From NCBI GenBank assembly GCA_021823165.1, contig JAKAOS010000002.1, forward strand, positions 1-60,168: a stretch of DNA of 60,168 nt, in the 5' to 3' direction. Shown here piece by piece: positions 9,267 to 18,897 of this stretch (within the stretch, counting starts at the first letter, position 1; each line of letters begins with the position of its first letter). The notes below the pieces were generated by a model. That model ran no database searches. It was given only the letters and a program-made list of their open reading frames with translations, and was not told the DNA's origin. Both the position numbers and the translations under genes were made by a program. Source of the DNA: Actinomycetes bacterium (lineage in GTDB: Bacteria > Actinomycetota > Acidimicrobiia > Acidimicrobiales > JAKAOS01).

Positions 9267-10472
9267 CTAGCGGAGGGGGGACACGGTGAATCCCGCCGCA
9301 GCGAGTCGCTCTACGACGGCCTCTCCGTGGCTCGCTCCCCTGGTCTCCACGGTGAGCAGGACTTCGACCTCGTCGTGGCCCAGGACCAATCCGGCGCGGT
9401 GATGAGAGACGTCCAAGACGTTGAGGCGCATCTTGGCCAGTTCTTTGGTCAATGCGGCCAACATGCCTGGTCGATCCTCCAGCAGCACCCTGAGGATCAG
9501 GTAGCGGCCGGCGGCCGAGAGGCCGTGTTCAATCAACTTCGTCAGCAGTAGCGGATCCACGTTTCCGCCGGAAAGCACCGCCACGGCCTGGCCCGATCCC
9601 GGAACGGCGCCGGACATGAGAGCGGCGAGGGAGGCGGCGGCGGCGGGCTCAACCACGGCCTTGGCCCTTTCCAGCAGAAGCACCAGGGCACGGCTTATGT
9701 CCTCTTCGCTCACGGTCACGACCTCATCGACGTATGCAAGGACGTGGTCCAGGGTGAGCTGCGAAGGCGAACGCACCGCTATGCCGTCGGCCATGGTGGA
9801 GGCCGAGGGGATGGTGACCACCTCTTTGGCGTCCAGGGAAGCAGCCATGGCGGCGCTACCCGAGGCCTGGACGCCCACGACCCGAGTACGGGAGCCGGCT
9901 GCGTGCAAAGCTGCGGCCACTCCTGCGATCAGGCCGCCCCCGCCCACGGGCACCACGATGGTTTCGGCGTCGGGGGCTTCCCTGCAAAGCTCCAGGCCGA
10001 TGGTTCCCTGCCCGGCAATGACAAAGGGGTCATCGAAGGGTGGCACATAGATGGCACCCTTTTGCTCCGCATGCTGCCTGGCTGCCGCTATGCAGTCATC
10101 CACTACGTCGCCCTGGAGCCGCACCCGGGCCCCGTAGGACTCGGTGGCCTGCACCTTGGGAAGTGATGCGCCTGTGGGCATATAGATAGTCGCCCTCAGC
10201 CCACGCAGCTTGGCCGCCAGGGCCACCCCCTGGGCGTGGTTTCCCGCCGAGGCCGCAACGACCTCGGTGCGGCCGGATTGGCCTTCGAGGTTGGCCAGGA
10301 AGTTGTAGGCACCGCGAATCTTGAATGACCCGGTGCGCTGCAGCTGTTCGGGCTTGAGCAGGATCTCCCGCCGGAGCATTTCGGAAAGAGAGTTTGCGGC
10401 CACCACAGGTGTTCTGCGGATCACCGGGGCTATCGTCTTACGGGCGGCTTCGAGTTGGTCGCTGCCTATCAC
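9267..10472 (-). CDS. ilvA: Threonine ammonia-lyase (threonine dehydratase) with C-terminal ACT-like domain
   Basis: PLP-fold motifs (LKPEQLQRTGSFKIRGAYN, GNHAQGVA, GGGGLIAG) plus a ~80-aa regulatory tail. GTG start at 10472. Confidence 0.88.
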   Translation of the reverse strand: MIGSDQLEAARKTIAPVIRRTPVVAANSLSEMLRREILLKPEQLQRTGSFKIRGAYNFLANLEGQSGRTEVVAASAGNHAQGVALAAKLRGLRATIYMPTGASLPKVQATESYGARVRLQGDVVDDCIAAARQHAEQKGAIYVPPFDDPFVIAGQGTIGLELCREAPDAETIVVPVGGGGLIAGVAAALHAAGSRTRVVGVQASGSAAMAASLDAKEVVTIPSASTMADGIAVRSPSQLTLDHVLAYVDEVVTVSEEDISRALVLLLERAKAVVEPAAAASLAALMSGAVPGSGQAVAVLSGGNVDPLLLTKLIEHGLSAAGRYLILRVLLEDRPGMLAALTKELAKMRLNVLDVSHHRAGLVLGHDEVEVLLTVETRGASHGEAVVERLAAAGFTVSPLR

Positions 10473-10650
10473 CGACCTGAGACTAATGACATGAGGCGTG
10501 CGGTAGCCTCAAGGCGGGGGTCGCAGCACGCGGCGTGTAGGATACGGGGTCGGCCTGCAGGAGCCGCGACGCCAGGAGGCCGAAGGTGGCCTCTGCGGAC
10601 AGGGCGCTTGTCGCGCCGATCCGCCATACAGCGAGAAGAGGACAAGGACA

Positions 10651-11103
10651 GTGCGCACCTATTCACCCAAGCCGGCAGACATTGAACGGCAGTGGCATGT
10701 CGTAGATGCCGATGGCCTGGTCCTGGGCAGGATGGCGACCGAAATTGCGATCAGGCTGCGGGGGAAGCACAAGCCGATGTTTGCGCCGCACGCGGATGTG
10801 GGTGATCACGTCATCGTCGTCAATGCTTCCAAGGTGGTCATGACCGCCAACAAGGCCGACCGCGAGCGGGTGTGGCGCCACTCGGGCTACCCCGGTGGGA
10901 TTCGATCGGACAGCTATGCAGACCTGCTGGAGCGTCATCCCGACCGCGTGGTGACCCGGGCGGTTCGTGGAATGCTCCCCAAGGGCACCCTTGGTGCGGG
11001 GATGTTGAAGCGCCTCAAGGTTTATGCGGGTCCTGGCCATCCCCACGGCGCCCAGCTGCCACAGCCCCTAGAGATCGAGCTTGCCCGCCGGGCAGCTTCC
11101 TAA
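10651..11103 (+). CDS. rplM: 50S ribosomal protein L13
   Basis: GTG 10651 gives [42 protein letters not shown], uL13. Confidence 0.95.
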   Translation: MRTYSPKPADIERQWHVVDADGLVLGRMATEIAIRLRGKHKPMFAPHADVGDHVIVVNASKVVMTANKADRERVWRHSGYPGGIRSDSYADLLERHPDRVVTRAVRGMLPKGTLGAGMLKRLKVYAGPGHPHGAQLPQPLEIELARRAAS

Positions 11104-11128
11104 GAACGCGCCTAGTCCTCCGGAGGAT

Positions 11129-11524
11129 TTGTTGTCAACGCCCTTAGTCCAGTCGACCGGTCGCCGCAAGGCCGCCATTGCACGAGTGCGCATCCGCGCC
11201 GGCAGTGGGAAGGTGACCGTCAACAAGCGTCCCTTCGAGGAGTACTTCCCCTCCGCTACGCATCGGGGAGTGGTCACCGAACCCCTACGGATCACCTCGA
11301 CTGCCGAAGCCTACGACATCGATGCCACCCTGGACGGCGGCGGCGTGTCGGGCCAGGCGGGGGCGATGCGGCTGGGCATAGCTCGTGCACTTTCTGAGAC
11401 CGACCCGGACTTCAGGGCCGCTCTCAAAAAGGCGGGCCTGCTCACCAGGGATGCTCGTAAGAAGGAGAGCAAGAAGTACGGGCTGAAGAAGGCCCGCAAG
11501 GCGCCCCAGTACTCCAAGCGGTAA
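11129..11524 (+). CDS. rpsI: 30S ribosomal protein S9
   Basis: [25 protein letters not shown]...APQYSKR, uS9. TTG 11129/11132 follows GGAGGA (11122-11127) and the rplM stop. The track ORF starts at TTG 11081, which would overlap rplM by 23 nt and is an alternative start. Confidence 0.9.
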   Translation: MLSTPLVQSTGRRKAAIARVRIRAGSGKVTVNKRPFEEYFPSATHRGVVTEPLRITSTAEAYDIDATLDGGGVSGQAGAMRLGIARALSETDPDFRAALKKAGLLTRDARKKESKKYGLKKARKAPQYSKR

Positions 11525-11534
11525 GGCGGGGTCT

Positions 11535-12902
11535 GTGGCCCCGAAGTTCGGGACCGACGGCATTCGTGGAATTGCCAATCAGGAGCTGAGCCCCGAACTG
11601 GCGCTCGCTTTGGGCAGGGCCGTAGCGGAGGTATTCACCGCGGGATCATGCGTGGTTGGCCGGGATACCCGCCGCTCCGGTTCGATGCTGGTTGCGGCCG
11701 TGGTGGCCGGTCTGACGAGCGAGGGAGTTGCCGTCTCGGATCTCGGTGTGGCCCCCACGCCCGCCGTTGCCCATCTTGCGGCGACGCTGGGGGTTCCCGG
11801 AGTGGTCGTTTCTGCTTCGCACAACCCCTTTGCCGACAATGGGATCAAAGTCTTTGCCCCAGGGGGGGTCAAGCTCTCCCCGGCGGTGGAGGCCGACATC
11901 GAGGCCCGCCTCGGAGCACTGCTGGGAGATCCCTTTTCGGCCAAGCGTCCCTCGGGGGCCGGCGTCGGTGTAGTCCGGGACGGCTCGCCGATACTTGAAA
12001 GCTACGAGGACCACATTCTCAGCTGCATCGACGGTCGCAGCCTGGAAGGGCTTTCGGTGGTTGTGGATGCGGCCAACGGAGCCTGCTGGGACCTGGGTCC
12101 CAGGGTGCTTCGGCGCCTGGGCGCAGATGTGTCCGAGATCCACTCCAGCCCCGACGGTTTCAACATCAACAACGACTGCGGCTCCACATCGACGGCCGCT
12201 TTGTCCAAAGAAGTGCTCCGCCTCAATGCATCGTTGGGGGTCGCCTTCGACGGGGACGCCGACCGGCTCGTTGCGGTGGATCACCTCGGCCACGAGGTGG
12301 ACGGCGATCACCTCATGGCATTGTTCGCCAGGGATCTAAAGGCTGGCGGATTCCTGGCCAACGATGCGGTGGCCGTGACGGTGATGACCAACATAGGTTT
12401 TCACAAAGCCATGGAGGCCGAGGGCATTGGCGTGGTCCAGACGCCGGTGGGTGACCGTTTCGTCTTGGACGCCATAGAGGAGCATGGCCTGGCCCTGGGG
12501 GGGGAGCAATCCGGGCACATCATCTTCCGCCGCCTGGCAACCACTGGGGATGGCCTCCTGACGGCGGTGATGTTGGCTGACCTGCTGGTCCGTTCCGGGC
12601 GTAGCCTGGCCGAGTTGTCCTCAGAGGTGATGACCCGGCTTCCACAGCGCCTGATCAATGTTGGGGTGGTGGATCCCGGGAGACTCGGTGAGGCCACCGA
12701 GTTGGCCGAGGCCGCAAGGCGTATCGAGGAGAGGATCTCGGCTGAGGGAGGCGGCAGGGTGCTGCTCAGGCCGAGTGGGACCGAGCCGCTGGTCCGCGTG
12801 ATGGTGGAGGCCGCCTCTGAGGCGCTGGCGGATCAGGCCGCCTCGGAGCTGGCCGAGGAGGTGCGCCGGGTGTTGGGGCGGGAAGATCCCTTCCCGTTCT
12901 GA
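11535..12902 (+). CDS. glmM: Phosphoglucosamine mutase
   Basis: FGTDGIRG, the active-site loop SASHNPFADNGIK, and GEQSGH. Confidence 0.93.
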   Translation: MAPKFGTDGIRGIANQELSPELALALGRAVAEVFTAGSCVVGRDTRRSGSMLVAAVVAGLTSEGVAVSDLGVAPTPAVAHLAATLGVPGVVVSASHNPFADNGIKVFAPGGVKLSPAVEADIEARLGALLGDPFSAKRPSGAGVGVVRDGSPILESYEDHILSCIDGRSLEGLSVVVDAANGACWDLGPRVLRRLGADVSEIHSSPDGFNINNDCGSTSTAALSKEVLRLNASLGVAFDGDADRLVAVDHLGHEVDGDHLMALFARDLKAGGFLANDAVAVTVMTNIGFHKAMEAEGIGVVQTPVGDRFVLDAIEEHGLALGGEQSGHIIFRRLATTGDGLLTAVMLADLLVRSGRSLAELSSEVMTRLPQRLINVGVVDPGRLGEATELAEAARRIEERISAEGGGRVLLRPSGTEPLVRVMVEAASEALADQAASELAEEVRRVLGREDPFPF

Positions 12903-12950
12903 TGCCTCACCTCGACATCGGGGCTGTCCTGGGTGGCGTAGCCTGGAGCC

Positions 12951-14798
12951 ATGTGCGGGATAATCGCTGTGACGGGCTCGGAGTCCGCTTTGCCTCTGAT
13001 CATGGAGGGGCTGGCACGTCTCGAGTACAGGGGGTATGACTCGGCGGGGGTAGTCCTGGTCGACGGCGAGGACTCCCTGTGGCAGCGCCGCAAGGCGATT
13101 GGCACCAAGTCGCTCGCCGAGCTGGCAGCGGACGCCTAGGATGCTCCCGAGGTCTGCAGTTGTGGGATCGGGCACGTGCGCTGGGCAACCCACGGGAAGC
13201 CGAGCGAGGCCAATGCCCATCCCCATCTCGATTGCACGGGCAATCTGGCCCTTGTGCACAACGGCATTATCGAGAACTTCAGTGCCCTGAGAAACGACCT
13301 TTTGGCTTCGGGGCACGAGCTGAGATCGGACACCGACACCGAGGTGTTGGTCCACTTGATCGAAGACGAGATTTCCCAGGGCCTGGGGCTTGCCGAGGCG
13401 CTCTCCGCGGTCCTCGGCAGGGTCACCGGTGCCTTCGCCCTTGCGGTGGTGCACTCCTCGGACCCTGACCTGGTGGTGGCGGCCCGGCGGGTGTCACCTT
13501 TGGTTCTGGGCCGTAACGGAGATGTTTCCATGGTCGCTTCGGACATCCCGGCCCTGTTGGGGCACGCGAAGGAGTTCTTCGTCCTCGACGACGACCAGCT
13601 TGCCCTGGTGCGACCCGGTGCTCTGGAGGTCCGCAATCTCGATGGGAGCCCGGTGCCTTTGCGGCCCCGTGCGGTGGAGTGGGACCTGGAGGCGGCGGAG
13701 CGCTCCGGTTACCCCGACTTCATGTCCAAAGAGATTCACGAACAGCCCCAGGCGCTTGCGGACACCCTGGCCGGCCGGCTTGCCGAGGAGGGCTCTCTGC
13801 GCCTGGACGAGGACCGGCTCTCCGATGAGGACCTGCGGAGCGTCGACAAGGTCTTTGTGGTGGCATGCGGGTCCAGCCTGCATGCCGGCCTGGTCGCCAA
13901 GCATGCAATCGAGCACTGGGCGCGGCTCCCGGTGGAGATCGACTTCGCCAGCGAGTTCCGCTATCGCGACCCGGTTCTGGACGGGCGGACCCTGGTCGTG
14001 GCGATCAGCCAATCGGGTGAGACCATAGACACGTTGCAGGCCGCCCGGTCTGCGGCACGCCAGCGGGCCAGGGTCCTCACCGTCACAAACGTAGTGGACT
14101 CCTCTATGGCCCGGGAGTCCGACGCGGTGCTCTATACCCGAGCCGGCCCGGAGATAGGGGTTGCGGCGACCAAGACGCATCTGACCCAGATCGTCGCGTT
14201 GGATGTCCTGGCTCTGTATTTGGCCCAGGTTCGCGGCCTGTTTTACTCCAACGAGCTTTCTTTGCTCCTGGACGGCCTGCGCAGCCTGCCCTCTCTGGTC
14301 GAAGAGACCATCGAGCGCTCAGGGGAGGTGCAGGCGACGGCCGAACGTTGCGCGGAGGCGGGAAGTTTCTTCTTCATCGGCCGCCACGTGGGCTACCCCG
14401 TTGCGTTGGAGGGAGCGCTGAAGCTGAAGGAGATCTCCTACCTCCACGCCGAGGGCTATCCCGCCGGAGAGTTGAAGCACGGCCCCATTGCTTTGGTGCA
14501 GGAGGGATCGGTGGTAGTGGCGGTGGCCACCAGGACCCCTCTTTGGGAGAAGGTGGCCTCCAACATCGCCGAGGTGAGTGCCAGGGGCGCCCGGGTCGTG
14601 GTGGTGGCCAACGAGGGCGACACCGAGACCGCCGCACTCGCCGACGACGTCTTGTGGGTGCCCAAGGCTCCCTCGCCCCTCTTTGCCCCGGTGCTGGACG
14701 TGGTGCCGCTGCAACTTCTGGCCTATCACCTGGCGCGTTTGCGCGGCAACGACGTGGACCGGCCCCGCAACCTGGCGAAGACGGTGACCGTCGAGTGA
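12951..14798 (+). pseudogene. glmS: Glutamine--fructose-6-phosphate aminotransferase (GlmS) interrupted by one in-frame TAG at 13137-13139
   Basis: Track ORFs 12951..13139 ([34 protein letters not shown]...) and 13176..14798 (RWATHGKPSEANAHPH...SIS domains...TVE) are in the same frame. They are separated only by TAG, and the intervening codons (DAPEVCSCGIGHV) continue the GlmS alignment. Confidence 0.85.
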
Positions 14799-15220
14799 CG
14801 CTCCCGGCTCCGATCGGTCCGGCTGGGCCAATCCTGGGAGTGGGTTTGGACCTGGTGGATGTGGAGCGCTTCAGAGCGGTAATGCAACGCCGCCCGGGTC
14901 TGGGCCGCCGCATCTTCACCGAGGCGGAGATCGCCTATGCGACATCGCACCGCTCCCCCTGGGAGCACTTTGCGGCTCGCTTTGCCGCCAAGGAGGCCAC
15001 CATGAAGGCGCTGGGGGTCGGTCTGGGCGCCTTTTCGTTGCGGGACGCCGAGGTGGAGAGGGCATCGGGCGGAGCTCCATCGATGCGCCTTCATGCCGCA
15101 GCCGACGACCTCGCCAGGCAAAGGGGCATCGGCTCTTTTCTCTGTTCGCTCAGCCACGCAGGAGGCTTTGCCCAGGCGGTAGTCATTGCACAGCGCGAGC
15201 CAGGGGGGACTACAGACTGA
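14795..15220 (+). CDS. acpS: Holo-[acyl-carrier-protein] synthase
   Basis: GTG 14795 overlaps the glmS stop (GTGA). ILGVGLDLVDVERF...FAAKEATMKALG is the AcpS signature. It lies within track ORF 14348..15220. Confidence 0.88.
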   Translation: MTLPAPIGPAGPILGVGLDLVDVERFRAVMQRRPGLGRRIFTEAEIAYATSHRSPWEHFAARFAAKEATMKALGVGLGAFSLRDAEVERASGGAPSMRLHAAADDLARQRGIGSFLCSLSHAGGFAQAVVIAQREPGGTTD

Positions 15221-15243
15221 AGCCCGTCCTTACAACATCGGAG

Positions 15244-16590
15244 ATGCGGGAGGCGGATCGGCGTGCCTCGGAGAGTTTGCCACCCGGCACCCTGGTAAAC
15301 CGGGCCGGTGCCGCGGTTGGGCGTGCCGCGCTGCGGATGCTGGGCGCCGCCTACGGCCGGCGGGTGGTGGTGGTCGCCGGGCCGGGCAACAACGGCGCCG
15401 ATGGGCGGGTGGCTGCTTTGTGGTTGTCCCATAGGGGGGTGTCTGTTTCGGTATTCGATCAGGCCGCCTTGGGGGCTCAGGAGGAGCTACCACCCTGCGA
15501 CCTGGTCATCGATGCGGCCTTCGGGACCGGCTTTCACGGCGCCTACGTGGCCCCGCTCCCCCCTCCGGGGGCGCCTGTGCTCTCCGTCGATATCCCCTCC
15601 GGTGTCAATGGTGACACCGGAGAAGCATGCCAAGGGGCAGTGGTGGCCGATCACACCATCACCTTTGCCGCCCACAAGCCAGGTCTTGTGGTCGGACAGG
15701 GCCGTTGGCATGCGGGAGAGGTAAGCGTCGCCGACATAGGTGTTGTTGTGGGGGACTCGAAGGCATCGTTGGTGGAGGACCATGACGTGGCTCTTGGCCT
15801 CCCCTCCCGGCCGTCGGATGGGCACAAGTGGAACACCGCCGTTGTCGTGGTGGCCGGCTCGCCGGGAATGACCGGTGCCGCCACACTGGTGGCGGCGGGA
15901 GCCATGCGGGCGGGCGCTGGAATGGTCCGGCTTGGTTCTCCCGGCAGAAGCGAGCTTGCAGCCTCCGAGGCGGTGGCCTTCGCTCTCGAGGGCGCCGCGT
16001 GGCACGAGGCGGCAGCAGGGGAGGCCCGGCGAGCCAAGGCTCTGGTGGTGGGTCCCGGCCTGGGCCGGAGTGCTGAAGTTGGCAGCGAGGTGGCCGCACT
16101 TTTGGACGCCACTTCCCTTCCGGCCGTAGTAGACGCCGACGGGCTGGTAGCGCTGGGAACGGCAGAGGCAGTTGCCGACCTGCTGGAGCAACGCTCCGGG
16201 CCGGTTGTACTCACGCCTCATGACGGTGAGTATGGGCGCCTGGCCGGCCGGGCGCCGGGGACGGACAGAATGGCTGCGGCCCGGGATCTGGCGGCTCGCT
16301 GCGGGGCGACGGTGTTGCTGAAGGGATCGACCACCGTTGTCGCTTCGCCCGGTGGAGAGGTGGCCATCGTCACCTCTGGTTCATCGAGGCTGGCGACTGC
16401 CGGCACCGGTGACGTGTTGGCAGGAGTGATAGGGGCCTTTTTGGCCAGGGGAGTTCCCGCTTTCCATGCGGCGGCTCTGGCGGCCCACTGCCACGGCCGG
16501 GCGGCGTCGTTGGGCCTGGAGGAAGGTTTGGTGGCGGGGGATCTTCCCCTGCTGGTGTCCCGCTGGCTGTCGGATCTACGCGGTGGTTGA
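15244..16590 (+). CDS. nnr: Bifunctional NAD(P)H-hydrate repair enzyme Nnr (YjeF-N epimerase + ADP-dependent dehydratase); start may be CTG 15217
   Basis: The N-terminal domain has VVVVAGPGNNGADG. The C-terminal carbohydrate-kinase-like domain has VVVVAGSPGMTGAATL...TAGTGDVLAG. Confidence 0.88.
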   Translation: MREADRRASESLPPGTLVNRAGAAVGRAALRMLGAAYGRRVVVVAGPGNNGADGRVAALWLSHRGVSVSVFDQAALGAQEELPPCDLVIDAAFGTGFHGAYVAPLPPPGAPVLSVDIPSGVNGDTGEACQGAVVADHTITFAAHKPGLVVGQGRWHAGEVSVADIGVVVGDSKASLVEDHDVALGLPSRPSDGHKWNTAVVVVAGSPGMTGAATLVAAGAMRAGAGMVRLGSPGRSELAASEAVAFALEGAAWHEAAAGEARRAKALVVGPGLGRSAEVGSEVAALLDATSLPAVVDADGLVALGTAEAVADLLEQRSGPVVLTPHDGEYGRLAGRAPGTDRMAAARDLAARCGATVLLKGSTTVVASPGGEVAIVTSGSSRLATAGTGDVLAGVIGAFLARGVPAFHAAALAAHCHGRAASLGLEEGLVAGDLPLLVSRWLSDLRGG

Positions 16591-17740
16591 GTCAAAGCTG
16601 CGCCCGACGGTGGCGGTGGTGGACCTGGACCGGGTCGAGTCGAACGCTGCTTGGCTGGCAAAAATGGCCTATCCCTCTGCCTTGTGCGCCGTGGTCAAGG
16701 CCAATGCATACGGCCACGGGGCGGTCCCCGTCGCCAAAGCTGCGCTGCGCGGCGGCGCTTCCTGGCTGGCCGTTGCCGTGGTGGAGGAGGGCATCGAGCT
16801 CCGTGAGGCGGGCATCGAGGCCCCAATCCTGGTGCTTTCGGAGGGATCGGCTGCTGGCGTCAAAGAGGCGCTGCGGTGGGATCTGGTGCCAAGCCTTTAC
16901 ACAGATACCGGCCTTCGCAGCCTTTGCGAGGCGGCTCTGCCAGGGACAAGGGCCGGGGTGGCAATCAAGATTGATACCGGCATGGGGAGGGTGGGGGTCG
17001 ATCCCGCTGTTGTGGCTGGCCTGGCAAGGTCGGTGGCCGAATCGGACCGCTTGGACCTGCTCAGTGTTTGGACGCACCTTGCGGTGGCGGACGACCCCGA
17101 TGACCCCTTCACCTCGGTGCAGTTGGCCCGTTTCGATAAGGCCGTGGCATCGATTCGGTCCGCGGGGATCGACCCCGGGCTGTTGCATGCCGCCAACTCT
17201 GCGGCCAGCACAAGGGATTCCGCCCGCTACGACATGGTTCGCTGTGGCCTGGCCCTCTACGGCTACTCGCCGTCTCCCGCCCTGGCAGGGCACTTTGAAG
17301 GCATCGAGCCGGCCCTGTCGTTGTACTCGAGGATTGGGATGGTAAAGGTGCTCGAAGCCGGGGAGCGACCCTCCTATGGCCGCCGCCGACCGCTGTCTTG
17401 CCCATCGGTTGTTGCAACGGTGCCCATTGGCTATGCCGACGGAGTGCCGTGGCGGTTGTTCCCCTCCGGGGACGCCCTGGTGGCGGGCCGGCGATGCAGC
17501 CTCGCCGGTTCGGTCACCATGGACCAGATCGTTCTGGATTGCGGCCCACCGGGTCCGGGCTCTCCCTCTCCAGGTGACGAGGTGGTGCTTTTGGGCCGAC
17601 AGGGGTCCGAAATGGTGGATGCTTCCGAATGGGCGCAGGCCGCCGGCACGATCACCTATGAGATCCTTACTGGCATCGGCGGCCGTGTGCCCAGGCGGCA
17701 TGTGGGCCGATTTGCATCGGATCAACGGGCTGGCACCTGA
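16583..17740 (+). CDS. alr: Alanine racemase
   Basis: GTG 16583 (8-nt overlap with nnr). PLP-lysine motif [13 protein letters not shown] and C-terminal [16 protein letters not shown]. It lies within track ORF 16466..17740. Confidence 0.92.
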   Translation: MVESKLRPTVAVVDLDRVESNAAWLAKMAYPSALCAVVKANAYGHGAVPVAKAALRGGASWLAVAVVEEGIELREAGIEAPILVLSEGSAAGVKEALRWDLVPSLYTDTGLRSLCEAALPGTRAGVAIKIDTGMGRVGVDPAVVAGLARSVAESDRLDLLSVWTHLAVADDPDDPFTSVQLARFDKAVASIRSAGIDPGLLHAANSAASTRDSARYDMVRCGLALYGYSPSPALAGHFEGIEPALSLYSRIGMVKVLEAGERPSYGRRRPLSCPSVVATVPIGYADGVPWRLFPSGDALVAGRRCSLAGSVTMDQIVLDCGPPGPGSPSPGDEVVLLGRQGSEMVDASEWAQAAGTITYEILTGIGGRVPRRHVGRFASDQRAGT

Positions 17741-17782
17741 AGCCTCCCGTTCGGCCCGAGACCAGGGCCTGTTGGGCTTCGG

Positions 17783-18400
17783 TTGGCCGGGCCGGCCCGA
17801 AGTAGGATGGCGCGGGTGGGGAGCATCGAGACCTTGCGGGCAGAGGCCCTCTCGTGTGCGAAATGCCGGTTGAGCGAGGGGCGGACCCAGGTGGTCTTTG
17901 GGGTCGGCAACCCAGATGCGGCGCTCATGTTCGTGGGCGAGGGGCCGGGTCGCCAGGAGGATCTGGTGGGCGAACCCTTTGTGGGGCGCTCAGGTGCGCT
18001 GCTGGATCGCCTGGTGTCTGAGGAACTGGGACTGGATCGCTCGTCTTTCTACATCGCCAACGTCGTGAAGTGCCGTCCACCAGCCAACCGCGACCCGTTG
18101 CCCGACGAGGTGGAAGCCTGCCGGCCGTTCCTCTGGGGCCAGATAAAGCACGTTTCCCCCGCTGTGCTGGTGACGCTGGGCAACTTTGCCACCCGGGCGA
18201 TGTTGAACAGGGAGGAGGGCGTGACCAAGCTCCGTGGCGCCCGCTACCGGGTGGACGGCCGCTGGGTGGTGCCTACCTTTCATCCCGCAGCCGCCCTTCG
18301 GGGTGGCGGCGACGTGGTGGCTGCCATGCGGGCCGACCTGGTCCGAGCGTGGACGTCTTTGGAACAAGGCCCCTCCGAGGCGGAGAGTATCCCGGGGTGA
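17783..18400 (+). CDS. Uracil-DNA glycosylase, family 4 (Fe-S type)
   Basis: [53 protein letters not shown]...[13 protein letters not shown]...HPAA. Alternative start at ATG 17807. Confidence 0.88.
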   Translation: MAGPARSRMARVGSIETLRAEALSCAKCRLSEGRTQVVFGVGNPDAALMFVGEGPGRQEDLVGEPFVGRSGALLDRLVSEELGLDRSSFYIANVVKCRPPANRDPLPDEVEACRPFLWGQIKHVSPAVLVTLGNFATRAMLNREEGVTKLRGARYRVDGRWVVPTFHPAAALRGGGDVVAAMRADLVRAWTSLEQGPSEAESIPG

Positions 18401-18897
18401 GCGGACAGGACTGCCAGTTGGCGGTGACCACTGCCGGCCCGGAGGAGACTCGTCGGGTGGGAGAGGTCTTTGCCGGCCTGCTTGGGGCTGGCGACATCGT
18501 CTTGCTGGAGGGTGAGATGGGTGCCGGCAAGACGGTGTTCGCTTCGGGGGTGGGGGCGGGTTTGGGGGTTACTTCGCCCGTCACGAGCCCTACTTTCGTC
18601 CTGGTCCGCAGCCAGCGGGGCAGGAGCCTTGCCATGCATCACGCGGATCTCTGGCGCCTGGACAGCGATGCCGAGATAGCAGACCTGGCAATCGCCGAGG
18701 CTGCAGAGGAGGACGGCGTGGCGCTGGTCGAATGGGGGGAAAAGGCAGAGAAGTTGGTTGGTGAGGAGTACATCAAAGTTGTGATCTCCATCGCAGACCA
18801 ACTGCACAGGACCATCCGCTTCGAGGCTCAGGGGCCGTCCTGGACAACCAGGACGGCGGCACTGGCCCGTGTGCTCAGGGGCGGGGAGGCGGAGTGA
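18397..18897 (+). CDS. tsaE: tRNA t6A37 biosynthesis ATPase TsaE
   Basis: GTGA overlap with the udg stop. Contains LEGEMGAGKTVFASG...SPTF. It lies within track ORF 18070..18897. Confidence 0.9.
   Translation: MSGQDCQLAVTTAGPEETRRVGEVFAGLLGAGDIVLLEGEMGAGKTVFASGVGAGLGVTSPVTSPTFVLVRSQRGRSLAMHHADLWRLDSDAEIADLAIAEAAEEDGVALVEWGEKAEKLVGEEYIKVVISIADQLHRTIRFEAQGPSWTTRTAALARVLRGGEAE

Noticed and set aside
12903-12950. glmS ribozyme / riboswitch upstream of glmS
   Set aside because: Only 48 nt separate glmM and glmS, which is too short for the ~150-nt ribozyme, and none of its conserved core was seen.
13137-13139. Genome-wide reassignment of TAG as a sense codon to explain the glmS interruption
   Set aside because: TAG terminates at least seven well-aligned genes in this window at the expected C-termini (rplE, rplO, rpmJ, rpsD, rpoA, the guaB3-like gene and the DivIVA-fusion gene).
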